The notes: generated by a model from the sequence alone, not told the origin. A stretch of 62,855 nt of DNA from an uncultured bacterium (GCA_938003925.1 CALKWQ010000054.1:1-62855), one strand, 5' to 3'; shown: positions 1 through 8,756, numbered from the stretch's first letter. Translations and numbers: made by a program.

Positions 1-91
1 CCCCAGCTGAAATGTTGGCATAGTGTTTCCAAGCTATTGATTAGAAAACGGAATAGCCGACAGTCGGGAATAAGTATACAATATACAATAT

Positions 92-1264
92 ATGATTGGT
101 GGCTTACCTTTAGCGGCATATCTGCGCCCTAAAAATTTAACAGAAGTCGTTGGGCAAAAACATGTTTTGACAACTGACGGCTGGTTTGTGCAAGCGCTTA
201 AACAAGATCGCGTGTCTTCGCTTATTCTTTGGGGCCCTCCAGGATCTGGTAAAACCACTTTGGCCTCCTTGATTGCCAAAGAAACTAAAGCTGAATTTAT
301 TGAATTATCTGCCACCGAAAGTGGGGTGAAAGACTTGAAGCAAGTAGTGGAAAAGGCTCGTTCCGGTAAAAGGTTGGGGGTAAAAACTATTCTTTTTATT
401 GACGAAATTCATCGCTGGAATAAAGCTCAACAGGACGCGCTCTTACCTCAAGTGGAGAACGGCACTGTTATCTTAATTGGTGCAACGACTGAAAATCCAA
501 GCTTTGCGGTTAATGGCGCTTTGTTGTCTCGTGTGAAGGTAGTAGTTTTAGAAGCTTTAAACGAAGAAGATTTGTTAATTATAGTTAAGAGAGCTGCTAA
601 AATTTTAAAAGTAAAAATTAAAGCCGATGCCGCCCGTTTAAGTGCCCGCTTGGCTAATGGCGATGCGCGTAAAGCTATTAATCTAGTAGAAACTGCAGCT
701 GAACACCAAACTGAAATTAATATTCCTTTAATTAAGCAGATTATTAATAAACCTAACTTATTGTACGATAAGGGTGGGGAGGAGCACTATAATCTGATTT
801 CAGCTTTGCATAAGTCTATGCGCGGCAATAACCCCGACGCCGCCCTGTATTATTTAGCCAGGATGTTGGAGGCGGGTGAGGACCCAGTTTATATCGCTAG
901 GCGTTTAGTACGTTTTGCCAGTGAAGACGTAGGGTTAGCTAATAACAGCGCGCTCTTGTTGGCGACAGCTGCTTTTGACGCTTGCAAGAACATCGGTTTG
1001 CCTGAATGCGGGGTTCACTTGGCGCATGCCGCTGTGTATTTAGCCAAGTCACCCAAGAGCATCGCCGTTTATAATGGTTTTAATGCTGCCGTCGCTGAAG
1101 TTCGTCAAAGCGGTAACTTAGCCGTACCCTTACATTTGCGCAACGCGCCTACTAAATTAATGAAAGATTTAGGCTACTCTAAGGGTTATAAATATACGCC
1201 CTTGGAAGATGATTCTGACCAAGAATATTTGCCCACTACTTTAAAGGGGCGTAAGTTTTTGTAA
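92..1264 (+). CDS. rarA: Replication-associated recombination protein A (RarA/MgsA AAA+ ATPase)
   Basis: Walker A WGPPGSGKTT, Walker B FIDEIHRWNKAQQD, IGATTENPSF, and C-terminal LISALHKSMRG and RRLVRFASEDVGLA motifs. Confidence 0.95.
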   Translation: MIGGLPLAAYLRPKNLTEVVGQKHVLTTDGWFVQALKQDRVSSLILWGPPGSGKTTLASLIAKETKAEFIELSATESGVKDLKQVVEKARSGKRLGVKTILFIDEIHRWNKAQQDALLPQVENGTVILIGATTENPSFAVNGALLSRVKVVVLEALNEEDLLIIVKRAAKILKVKIKADAARLSARLANGDARKAINLVETAAEHQTEINIPLIKQIINKPNLLYDKGGEEHYNLISALHKSMRGNNPDAALYYLARMLEAGEDPVYIARRLVRFASEDVGLANNSALLLATAAFDACKNIGLPECGVHLAHAAVYLAKSPKSIAVYNGFNAAVAEVRQSGNLAVPLHLRNAPTKLMKDLGYSKGYKYTPLEDDSDQEYLPTTLKGRKFL

Positions 1265-1276
1265 AGTCAGCCACTA

Positions 1277-1954
1277 CTAATAGCGCTTGAGGCCGAAGCG
1301 GTAACCGCGACCTGGAAAAGTATGAATATAATCAATTTCTCCAGGAAGATTTAATTTCTTACGCAGACTCATGATGTGAGCTTCAATCGTGTTAGAGAAA
1401 GGATCGGCGTTATTTTCCCAAACTTGATCCATAATTTGTGCACGGGAAAGAATTTCATCTTGTCTTCGAAAAAATAATTCTAAAAGGGCATACTCTTTAC
1501 CAGTTAAATAAATGCGTCGCCCATCCCTGATGGCTATCTGGCTTTTAGTTTCTAAAGTCAGTTTACCAATTTTCCAATTTTTAGTTTCTAGTTGCTGAGG
1601 GCGTCTCATTAAGGCTTCGGCGTGCCATAGAAACTCTTCAAATAGAAACGGTTTAGTCAGGTAGTCATCGGCGCCATTGCTAAACATTTCACTTTTATGT
1701 TCCAGTTCGGCGTTAACAGTTAACACGAGTACAGGCGCCTTAACGCCTTCACGCCTTATTTCTTTTAACACAGCTGGACCCTGCATTTTGGGTAAATTAT
1801 TATCCAACACGATGAGGTCGTAATGGTTGGTACGGGCCAAGAAAGAGCCTTGTTCACCGTCGTAAGCGGCGTCTACCGTGTGCGCCTTGCCTTTTAGCCC
1901 TTTACTGAGAAAAGCGATAATATCGCGCTCGTCATCAATAATTAAAATTTTCAT
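1277..1954 (-). CDS. OmpR/PhoB-family DNA-binding response regulator
   Basis: Receiver domain (IIDDE, LDNNLP, VLT, KPF) plus winged-helix output (LTGKEYALLE, NTIEAHIMSLRKKL, IHTFPGRGY). Confidence 0.93.
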   Translation of the reverse strand: MKILIIDDERDIIAFLSKGLKGKAHTVDAAYDGEQGSFLARTNHYDLIVLDNNLPKMQGPAVLKEIRREGVKAPVLVLTVNAELEHKSEMFSNGADDYLTKPFLFEEFLWHAEALMRRPQQLETKNWKIGKLTLETKSQIAIRDGRRIYLTGKEYALLELFFRRQDEILSRAQIMDQVWENNADPFSNTIEAHIMSLRKKLNLPGEIDYIHTFPGRGYRFGLKRY

Positions 1955-2118
1955 AGAGTAAAATAATTAACCAGCTAGTGCTGATTTTCACCTTTAATTA
2001 TATATAACCCTACTTAAATTTTAGTTAACTTTCTTTTGGCTGGAAGATGAAATTTTATTGCCAAGCTTCCGTTACCTAGTTATAATGTAGTTAAGTCTCA
2101 TTTGTTTAATTTTCTTAT

Positions 2119-3402
2119 ATGTCTAAAAGTAAGCTCAATAATCAAGAACCTAAGGGCACGTCCGACTGGTTGCCCGAAGAATTTGCTATCCGCAGTTACA
2201 TTTTTGCTACTTGGCGGCGTGTTTGTCGTAGTTACGGTTTCCAGGAGTATCTTACGCCTTTAGTTGAACACGCAGAAATTTATCGTGCTAAATCAGGCGA
2301 GGATGTTGGCGGCAAAGAATTAGTTACTTTTACTGATTTGGGCGGTCGGGAGTTGTGTATTCGTCCAGAAATGACGCCGTCGGTCACCCGCTTGGTGTCT
2401 AAGATTTACGGCGGCGCCCCTAAACCGTTGAAATTTTTTTCTATCGCTAATTTTATGCGTAATGAAAAACCTCAGCGTGGACGTAATCGCGAATTCTGGC
2501 AGCTTAATTGTGATATTTTTGGCAGCGCTTCTTTAGCGGCTGATTTAGAGATTCTGCAGCTTTCTTTAGATATTATGCAAGCTTTCGGAGCTCCGGCTAA
2601 ATCTTTCACTCTGCGTCTCAATAGTCGTAAACTGCTAGACAATCTATTGCCAGTATTTGGTATTGAAGCAGTAGCTAAGTCGCCGATTTTTAGGATTTTA
2701 GATAAATATACTAAGTTGCCAGCCGAAGAATTTGAGCGCCGCTTAGTAGCTGCTGGGGCTTCAGCGTCAGGAGCAGCTAGTTTGTCCGCTTTTATGAGTG
2801 GACAGGATTCATCTTTATTTACCAACGCTTTGGCAAATAATGATGGTCTGCGCGCTGCCAAGCAAGAGCTTGATTTTGTATTAGCGCAATTGCAAGCTCT
2901 GGGCTATACACAAGCCGAATTTGATCCAACTTTAATTCGTGGTTTTGATTACTATGATGGCTTGGTGTTTGAGGTTTTCGACAATCATCCAGATAATCGT
3001 CGCGCCCTGTTCGGTGGAGGCAGGTATAACGGTTTGGCGGAGTTGTTTGGAGCCGAAAGCTTCCCAGCTGTTGGCGTAGCTCCTGGTGATGAAACTACGC
3101 GCTTGTTCTTAGAAAGTTGGGGTTTGCTGCCAAAAATAGTTGATCAACGTTATTATTTTCCCCTACTGAGCGTTGATTTGTTAGCTGAGAGCCAGCGTTT
3201 AGCCTCATCTTTGCGTGCTAGCGGCCAAGAAATTCTTTTTGCCTTTGAGCCACAACGACCGGGTAAGGCCTTAGAATTTGCTAACAAGCAGGGTATTGAA
3301 AGAGTTATAATTTTTGGTCCAGATGAAAAGGCCGCCGGACACTATAAAATCAAGAATATGTTGAGTGGGGAAGAAGCCGTCTTTACTTTACCCAAGTTCT
3401 AA
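2119..3402 (+). CDS. hisS: Histidine--tRNA ligase
   Basis: PKGTSDWLP, LCIRPEMTPS, RNEKPQRGRNREFWQ, RGFDYYDG, GGGRYNGL and an anticodon-binding C-terminus. Confidence 0.95.
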   Translation: MSKSKLNNQEPKGTSDWLPEEFAIRSYIFATWRRVCRSYGFQEYLTPLVEHAEIYRAKSGEDVGGKELVTFTDLGGRELCIRPEMTPSVTRLVSKIYGGAPKPLKFFSIANFMRNEKPQRGRNREFWQLNCDIFGSASLAADLEILQLSLDIMQAFGAPAKSFTLRLNSRKLLDNLLPVFGIEAVAKSPIFRILDKYTKLPAEEFERRLVAAGASASGAASLSAFMSGQDSSLFTNALANNDGLRAAKQELDFVLAQLQALGYTQAEFDPTLIRGFDYYDGLVFEVFDNHPDNRRALFGGGRYNGLAELFGAESFPAVGVAPGDETTRLFLESWGLLPKIVDQRYYFPLLSVDLLAESQRLASSLRASGQEILFAFEPQRPGKALEFANKQGIERVIIFGPDEKAAGHYKIKNMLSGEEAVFTLPKF

Positions 3403-3414
3403 TTGTTAGTTATT

Positions 3415-3450
3415 AAAAGCGCCCGCGGTTTAGCGGGCGTTTTTATTTTT
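3415..3450. terminator. Bidirectional intrinsic terminator between convergent hisS and rnhB
   Basis: AAAAGCGCCCGC-GGTTTA-GCGGGCGTTTTT hairpin with T-tracts on both strands; overlaps the last codons of rnhB. Confidence 0.75.
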
Positions 3451-4068
3451 TAGTCTTATCTTGAAGGGGGCAAAACTGAGTCGATGGAGGGGACAGGGAC
3501 CGAATTCTTTGATTTTTTCTAAGTGCCTTTTAGTGCCGTAACCTTTATGTTGTGCAAATTCATATTCTGGATATTGCTTGTCTGCTGCTAACATCAACCA
3601 ATCGCGGCTCACTTTGGCAATAATAGAGGCAGCAGCAATCGCGAAAACTTTAGCATCACCATCAACAATAGCGCTCTGTTTCTGTTTTATGCCTGGTATT
3701 TTAAGATTGCCATCAACTAAGATATAATCGGGGGTAATTGGTAGGAGACTAATTGCTTGTCTCATCGCCAGAAAAGCTCCTTGGAGAATGTTAATCCTGT
3801 CTATCACGCGATTATTGACCACGCCTATTTCTACGGCGAGAGCCGATTTTTTAATAATCCCAAACAGTTGCTCTCGGCGCTTAGGGCTGAGTTTCTTGGA
3901 GTCAGCTATTAACTCTAATCCTTCACTATCAATTTTGAAGTCAGGGCCAATTAGGACACAGGCTGCTACCACCGGACCGGCTAAGGGGCCGCGTCCAGCT
4001 TCGTCAATGCCGCCGATTATTTGGTGTCCAGCTTGAAAGATTTTTTGTTCAGTCTTGAGGTCAAGCAT
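3430..4068 (-). CDS. rnhB: Ribonuclease HII
   Basis: GIDEAGRGPLAGPVV, DSKKL, ILVDG, GDAK..AIAAASIIAKVSRD, HKGYGT, HRLSF. Confidence 0.96.
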   Translation of the reverse strand: MLDLKTEQKIFQAGHQIIGGIDEAGRGPLAGPVVAACVLIGPDFKIDSEGLELIADSKKLSPKRREQLFGIIKKSALAVEIGVVNNRVIDRINILQGAFLAMRQAISLLPITPDYILVDGNLKIPGIKQKQSAIVDGDAKVFAIAAASIIAKVSRDWLMLAADKQYPEYEFAQHKGYGTKRHLEKIKEFGPCPLHRLSFAPFKIRLKNKNAR

Positions 4069-4181
4069 ATTTTTTAATTATACCATTTTCTCCTGGTTAG
4101 CCAGCATTGACATAAAATTAATAATATGATAATTTAATTTGATAATTTCTGTTCTTTTAATCACTTAAAACCCCACCGATC

Positions 4182-4673
4182 ATGAAGCAGATGGTTTTAT
4201 TTTTATTGGTTTTTTTGCTCGGCATTACAGCCAAAGCTCAATTTCTATCGTGTTGCCGTGTAGATCCCGACGTTAGTCCCTTAGTTAGGCGGCTCGCTAT
4301 AGACATGGTAGATGCTAAGGCGTCTTTCATCTTGAAGGGTGTGCTACCTACCAGCGACCCTTATTTACACGAAATATTTCGTGTATTCGAGTATAAGGGG
4401 AAAAGATTTTCTTTGTACTACCAGTGGGATGTGCGCGAGCCAATTTCCTTGAATAATCAGGAGTATTTTGCTATCTATGTCCGTCCCATCGGTACAACCG
4501 ACCCCGAGAGCCTATTGTACTTCAAGGACTACCATTTGAATGGTTCCTGGGACGAGTGCGGAGACTCGGGAATACAATATTCCTGGGAATACTTTGAAGG
4601 CTCCTGGTTTGATGAGGAACGGCAAAAGCAATTTATAGCCACCCTAAAAGAAGCCTTGGAATATATAAATTGA
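4182..4673 (+). CDS. Exported hypothetical protein
   Basis: 163-aa ORF with a Sec-type signal peptide (MKQMVLFLLVFLLGITAKA-Q), an upstream TTGACA (4107-4112) and a downstream terminator. No family recognised. Confidence 0.7.
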   Translation: MKQMVLFLLVFLLGITAKAQFLSCCRVDPDVSPLVRRLAIDMVDAKASFILKGVLPTSDPYLHEIFRVFEYKGKRFSLYYQWDVREPISLNNQEYFAIYVRPIGTTDPESLLYFKDYHLNGSWDECGDSGIQYSWEYFEGSWFDEERQKQFIATLKEALEYIN

Positions 4674-4694
4674 TTGATGGTCTCGTGAGTCTTT

Positions 4695-4734
4695 AATCCG
4701 TGTTGGTGAAATTTATTTCCCACACGGATTTTTA
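4695..4734 (+). terminator. Intrinsic terminator after the 163-aa gene
   Basis: AATCCGTGT...ACACGGATT interrupted hairpin followed by TTTT. Confidence 0.65.
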
Positions 4735-4794
4735 TTTGTATAAGCATCTTTACAAACTTTTGTGCCTATGGCAATCTATAGGGAGAATTTGTCA

Positions 4795-4881
4795 GCCCGG
4801 ATGGCGGAATTGGTAGACGCGCTAGCTTCAGGTGCTAGTCTTCGCAAGGGGGTGGGGGTTCGAGTCCCCCTTCGGGCACCA
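4795..4881 (+). tRNA. tRNA-Leu (anticodon CAG), CCA encoded
   Basis: Acceptor stem GCCCGGA/TTCGGGC-A-CCA, D-loop GGAATTGGTAGAC, anticodon arm CTAGC-TTCAGGT-GCTAG, long variable arm, T-loop GGTTCGAGTCC. Confidence 0.96.
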
Positions 4882-4885
4882 TTAA

Positions 4886-4962
4886 GGTCGTTTAGCTCAG
4901 CTGGTTAGAGCGCTGCGTTCACATCGCAGAGGTCAGTGGTTCGAGTCCACTAACGACCACCA
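4886..4962 (+). tRNA. tRNA-Val (anticodon CAC), CCA encoded
   Basis: Acceptor stem GGTCGTT/AACGACC-A-CCA, D-arm GCTCAGCTGGTTAGAGC, anticodon arm CTGCG-TTCACAT-CGCAG, T-loop GGTTCGAGTCC. Confidence 0.96.
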
Positions 4963-5020
4963 AACATCTAAACCCATAGTTGCTTTTAGAGTGGGATTAA
5001 TAAGCTATAACCGCGGTAAG

Positions 5021-5173
5021 GGCTGTTTTTTAGTATAAAAAAAGGGGGACACCTCAGCGTCCCCCGGCCGTGCTTCAATTTAAAGCCATCTCTTTGTGAG
5101 TTAAAGCAGCAAACTCACAAAAGCAGACGCGTTAAAACCCCGTTCCGCACAGCAATATTTTTTCTAAAGAGCC
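5021..5173 (-). ncRNA. Candidate structured ncRNA, 6S-RNA-like rod
   Basis: Minus-strand sigma70 promoter directly upstream and no ORF. Nested stems with G-U pairs that work only on the minus strand, and 5'/3' end complementarity. Family assignment is inference. Confidence 0.5.
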
Positions 5174-5178
5174 ACTAT

Positions 5179-5207
5179 ATACTACTACTTATATTATTTA
5201 TTGTCAA
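5179..5207 (-). promoter_or_regulatory. Sigma70-type promoter for the candidate ncRNA
   Basis: TTGACA (5207-5202), 17-nt spacer, TAGTAT (5184-5179). Confidence 0.75.
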
Positions 5208-5291
5208 TAGCTAGAAGCCATGTATTGGTTTAGGCTTAAAATGATAGATTTTTTTAATTTATGTGTTAAAATAAAGGTGTTTATTAACTAT

Positions 5292-5921
5292 ATGAAAAAA
5301 CGCTATCTTTGGTTGCTAATCGGTCTAGTAATTATCCTTTCGGCTATTTTTTTGCGTTTAAGTAATCCACGTTCGCATTGGGTTTGTAAACAAGGACAGT
5401 GGCATCCTCAAGGTGAGTCTCAGGAGCCAAGACCAACGACTGATTGTCGAGATGAATTATCAATGGAAGAGGAGCTTAAGGCTTTGTCAGCTCTGTTTGC
5501 TAAGCCTATGTCTAAACCGACTCCGATTCCAGCAACGGAAATAATATCGGTTGAAACAGTAACTCCCAGTTCAACACCAGAAACTAAGACACTAGTTTCT
5601 GGGGAGGTGGTGTTAACGTCTCCTGCGGTTGGCGAGCCCATTAGTAGCCCCTATTTAGTTACCGGGCAGGCCCTTGGCTCTTGGTTTTTTGAAGCCAGTC
5701 TACCAATCATATTAAGGGGGACTAGCGGTCGTATATTGGCAGAGACTAACGCCAGAGCTCAAAATGATTGGATGACTAATGAGCTGGTCCCTTTCCAAGC
5801 TGAATTATTATTCGATGCCGAGGGTGAACAGTTTGGTGAGATAATAATTAAAAAAGATAATCCTTCGGGCCTGCCTGAGTATGATGCTTGGGTATCCTAT
5901 CCAGTCACTTTTAAACAGTAA
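5292..5921 (+). CDS. Membrane-anchored Gmad2 (spore-germination Ig-like) domain protein
   Basis: N-terminal TM, W-x-C-x2-G-x-W motif and Pro/Thr linker, then GSWFFEASLPI...NDWMTNELVPF...KDNPSGLPEYD typical of Gmad2 in CPR. Start moved to ATG 5292. Confidence 0.7.
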   Translation: MKKRYLWLLIGLVIILSAIFLRLSNPRSHWVCKQGQWHPQGESQEPRPTTDCRDELSMEEELKALSALFAKPMSKPTPIPATEIISVETVTPSSTPETKTLVSGEVVLTSPAVGEPISSPYLVTGQALGSWFFEASLPIILRGTSGRILAETNARAQNDWMTNELVPFQAELLFDAEGEQFGEIIIKKDNPSGLPEYDAWVSYPVTFKQ

Positions 5922-5925
5922 TATT

Positions 5926-7329
5926 ATGGATTTATATTTATACAACACCTTAAGTTTGTCTAAGGAAAAATTTGAGCCGATTGTCGCCGGCCAAGTCGGA
6001 CTTTATACCTGCGGTCCGACAGTCTATAATTTTGCACATATCGGCAATCTTCGCACCTACCTATTTGAAGATTTTTTGGTGCGCACTTTAAAATATAATG
6101 GTTATCGGGTAAAAAGGGTGCTTAATATCACTGATGTCGGTCATTTAAGCGGTGATATGGATATGGGTGATGACAAGATGGAGCAGGGTGCAGTTCGTGA
6201 GGGTCGGAGCGCGTGGGAGATAGCGGCCTATTATACCGATGCCTTCCGAGAAGATTTGCATCACTTAAATATCATTGCCCCTGATGTTTGGTGTAAGGCA
6301 ACAGATAATATTCCTGAACAAATCGCTTTAGTTAAGATTTTAGAGGATAAAGGTTATACTTATGCTACCAGTGATGGCATTTATTTTGATACGGCCAAAT
6401 TTCCAACTTATAATAGTCTCAGCCATTTGCCTTTAGCAGATTTACTCGAGGGAGCTAGAGTGGAAAAAAATCCAGAGAAAAGAAATCCTACGGATTTTGC
6501 ATTATGGAAATTATCGCCAGCTGGTGTTAAGAGGCAAATGGAATGGGATTCACCTTGGGGTGTTGGTTTCCCAGGCTGGCATTTAGAATGTTCGGCGATG
6601 AGTTTAAAGTATTTAGGCACTGAGCGTGATATCCATTGTGGCGGTATCGATCATATCAATGTCCACCATAGCAACGAAATTGCTCAGAGCGAGGCGGCTA
6701 CTGGTAAAAAATTTTTCAACTATTGGTTGCACGGCGCCTTTCTTAATATTAGTGGGGGCAAGAAGATGGCTAAGAGTAGCGGTGATTTTTTGACTTTAGA
6801 TAACGCTTTATTACAAAAGCACATTAATCCCCTAGCTTATCGTTTCGCGGCTCTGCAGGTACATTATCGCAAGCCCATGGAATATAGCGAGGAGAATCTG
6901 CGTCAAGCAGAGCAGGGATTACAATCTCTCTATCGTCAGATCAATCTATTAGGAGAAGATCTTGGTGTCGTTGATGATGTCTTGAGGAATGAATTTGTGG
7001 GAGCAATTAATGATGATTTAAATATGCCCCAAGCTCTAGCGATATTGTTTAAAACTCTAAAATCCGATTTAGATCCAGCAGATAAATTAGCTACAGTGTT
7101 TGATTTTGATCGAGTATTAGGTTTAGCTTTGTCTGAACCAGCTATGCGCCCCGATTATGTAACTGAAGTCTGTGATTTGCCTGAAGCAGTCACCGGACTG
7201 TTAGCAGCTAGACAGCAAGCACGTTTAGCCAAAAATTGGGCACAGGCTGATGCTCTGCGCTTAGAAATTTTAGCGGCTGGTTATACGGTGGAGGATGGCA
7301 TAGACGGTCAGCAGATTAAACCGGTTTAA
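5926..7329 (+). CDS. cysS: Cysteine--tRNA ligase
   Basis: YTCGPTVY, HIGN, DFALWK, GFPGWHLECSAM, KMAKS. Start moved to ATG 5926. Confidence 0.97.
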   Translation: MDLYLYNTLSLSKEKFEPIVAGQVGLYTCGPTVYNFAHIGNLRTYLFEDFLVRTLKYNGYRVKRVLNITDVGHLSGDMDMGDDKMEQGAVREGRSAWEIAAYYTDAFREDLHHLNIIAPDVWCKATDNIPEQIALVKILEDKGYTYATSDGIYFDTAKFPTYNSLSHLPLADLLEGARVEKNPEKRNPTDFALWKLSPAGVKRQMEWDSPWGVGFPGWHLECSAMSLKYLGTERDIHCGGIDHINVHHSNEIAQSEAATGKKFFNYWLHGAFLNISGGKKMAKSSGDFLTLDNALLQKHINPLAYRFAALQVHYRKPMEYSEENLRQAEQGLQSLYRQINLLGEDLGVVDDVLRNEFVGAINDDLNMPQALAILFKTLKSDLDPADKLATVFDFDRVLGLALSEPAMRPDYVTEVCDLPEAVTGLLAARQQARLAKNWAQADALRLEILAAGYTVEDGIDGQQIKPV

Positions 7330-7333
7330 TATC

Positions 7334-8305
7334 ATGTCGCTTAACTTTTGGCAGCAATTAAAGAACACTAAGCAGCCTATTCTAGCTTTAGCGCCGATGG
7401 CTGGTTTTACCGATATCGCTTTCAGACAAATCTGCTCCGCTTACGGAGCCGATGTTGTCTATAGTGAAATGGCTTCAGCTACGGCTTTATTCTATCAGCA
7501 GCAGGTGGCAGATAATCGCACTCTAGAGCTGCTGCGTTGGGATAAGCAGAAGGAGAGTAAGTACGTGGTGCAGTTGTTTGGTTCTAAACCGGATCATTTT
7601 GCTGTAGCCGCTAGGATGGTGACCGAGTATATTAAACCGCACGGCTTAGATATTAATTTTGGTTGTCCGGTAGGCAAAGTAATTAAGCAGGGTGCTGGTG
7701 CTGATTTAATGAAAAATCTAACTACCGCTCGTGCAGTAATCGAGGCGGTCTTGGCCAATACTAACCTGCCTGTTTCTATTAAAGTTCGCTCTCAGTCTGG
7801 TGCCATGAGCGCGGTAGAGTTTATGCGGCATATTTCCGATTTACCCTTAGCAGCTTTAATGATTCATGGCCGTAGTTTAAGTCAGGGTTTTGTAGGTGAA
7901 CCCGATTTCAGTCTGCCGGAACAAATTAGACCTTACTTTACAGGTGTTATTTTGATGAATGGTGGCGTGGTAAGTCTAGCCACTGCTCAGCGTGCGTTAG
8001 AATTAAGCGGCGCTGACGGTTTAGGCTTAGCTCGTGGTGCCTTAGCTCGCCCCTGGTTATTTCAGGAAATTAAGGCAGCGCGTTTAATAAATTATAATCA
8101 GACAGCTATTAGTAATTTATTATATCGGCACGCGCTAATGCTGACAATCTTAAAGGGCGAAAAGGCTTTATTAGAATGGAGAAAGCAAGCTTGTTGGTAT
8201 GTGCAAGGATTGCCCAGCGCTAGTCAGTTACGCAGTCAGTTGGTAAAGGTTTCTAGTCTAAATGAGCTCAAGATAATTTTAAAAGCATATGGTCTTAACG
8301 ATTGA
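7334..8305 (+). CDS. dus: tRNA-dihydrouridine synthase (DusB-like)
   Basis: LAPMAGFTD, VQLFGS, DINFGCP, GAGADL, PVSIKVR, IHGR, NGG, ARGALARPW. Confidence 0.92.
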   Translation: MSLNFWQQLKNTKQPILALAPMAGFTDIAFRQICSAYGADVVYSEMASATALFYQQQVADNRTLELLRWDKQKESKYVVQLFGSKPDHFAVAARMVTEYIKPHGLDINFGCPVGKVIKQGAGADLMKNLTTARAVIEAVLANTNLPVSIKVRSQSGAMSAVEFMRHISDLPLAALMIHGRSLSQGFVGEPDFSLPEQIRPYFTGVILMNGGVVSLATAQRALELSGADGLGLARGALARPWLFQEIKAARLINYNQTAISNLLYRHALMLTILKGEKALLEWRKQACWYVQGLPSASQLRSQLVKVSSLNELKIILKAYGLND

Positions 8306-8663
8306 TACAGCGTCAGATAATTTAATTAAAGTAACTTTATCGGGTCCAGGTGGCACTAAAACTAAACGGCTAGTTGCTAGTCGTCAGCAGGCTGAAAAAT
8401 TACTGCCTCTGGTTGTCGGATTGCTGTCTGGTCAGGGTGTTGCTTGGCGTCAAATCAAATCAGTGCAGGTGAAAAATGAGGGTGGTAGCTTTACTTCTTT
8501 GCGTATTGGCGTGTTAACTGCTAATGCCCTAGCTTATGCTTTGGGCGTGCCGGCTGAATCTGCTACCAACAAGGATGTTTTTGTTTTTTCAGGAGGGCAG
8601 GCGGTTAAGCCTCGTTACCAAACTGAACCAAATATCGGTCGGCAGCGAGGGGCTACCTGTTGA
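8289..8663 (+). CDS. tsaB: Short TsaB (t6A biosynthesis), N-terminal domain only
   Basis: VLTIDTA, LLPLV, GGSFTSLRIGVLTANALA match the TsaB N-terminal half; only 124 aa. Confidence 0.75.
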   Translation: MVLTIDTASDNLIKVTLSGPGGTKTKRLVASRQQAEKLLPLVVGLLSGQGVAWRQIKSVQVKNEGGSFTSLRIGVLTANALAYALGVPAESATNKDVFVFSGGQAVKPRYQTEPNIGRQRGATC

Positions 8664-8756
8664 TAACTTTTTTAAAAATTTCTACAGATTAAAAGCAGCT
8701 TGTGTAAAAGGCTGTCTTTTTTTAATTTTTCCTTTATTTTTTAAGTTTTTGCAGAG

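Noticed and set aside
5037-5065. GGGGGAC/GTCCCCC hairpin as simply the terminator of the tRNA pair
   Set aside because: On + it is preceded by A7 and followed by GGCC, so the U-tract is on the minus strand; it belongs to the minus-strand transcript.
5021-5173. tmRNA, RNase P RNA, SRP RNA or T-box as the identity of the ncRNA
   Set aside because: No tRNA-like ends, no GAGGAAAGTCC, no SRP GGAA-loop motif and no T-box sequence; too short for tmRNA or RNase P RNA.
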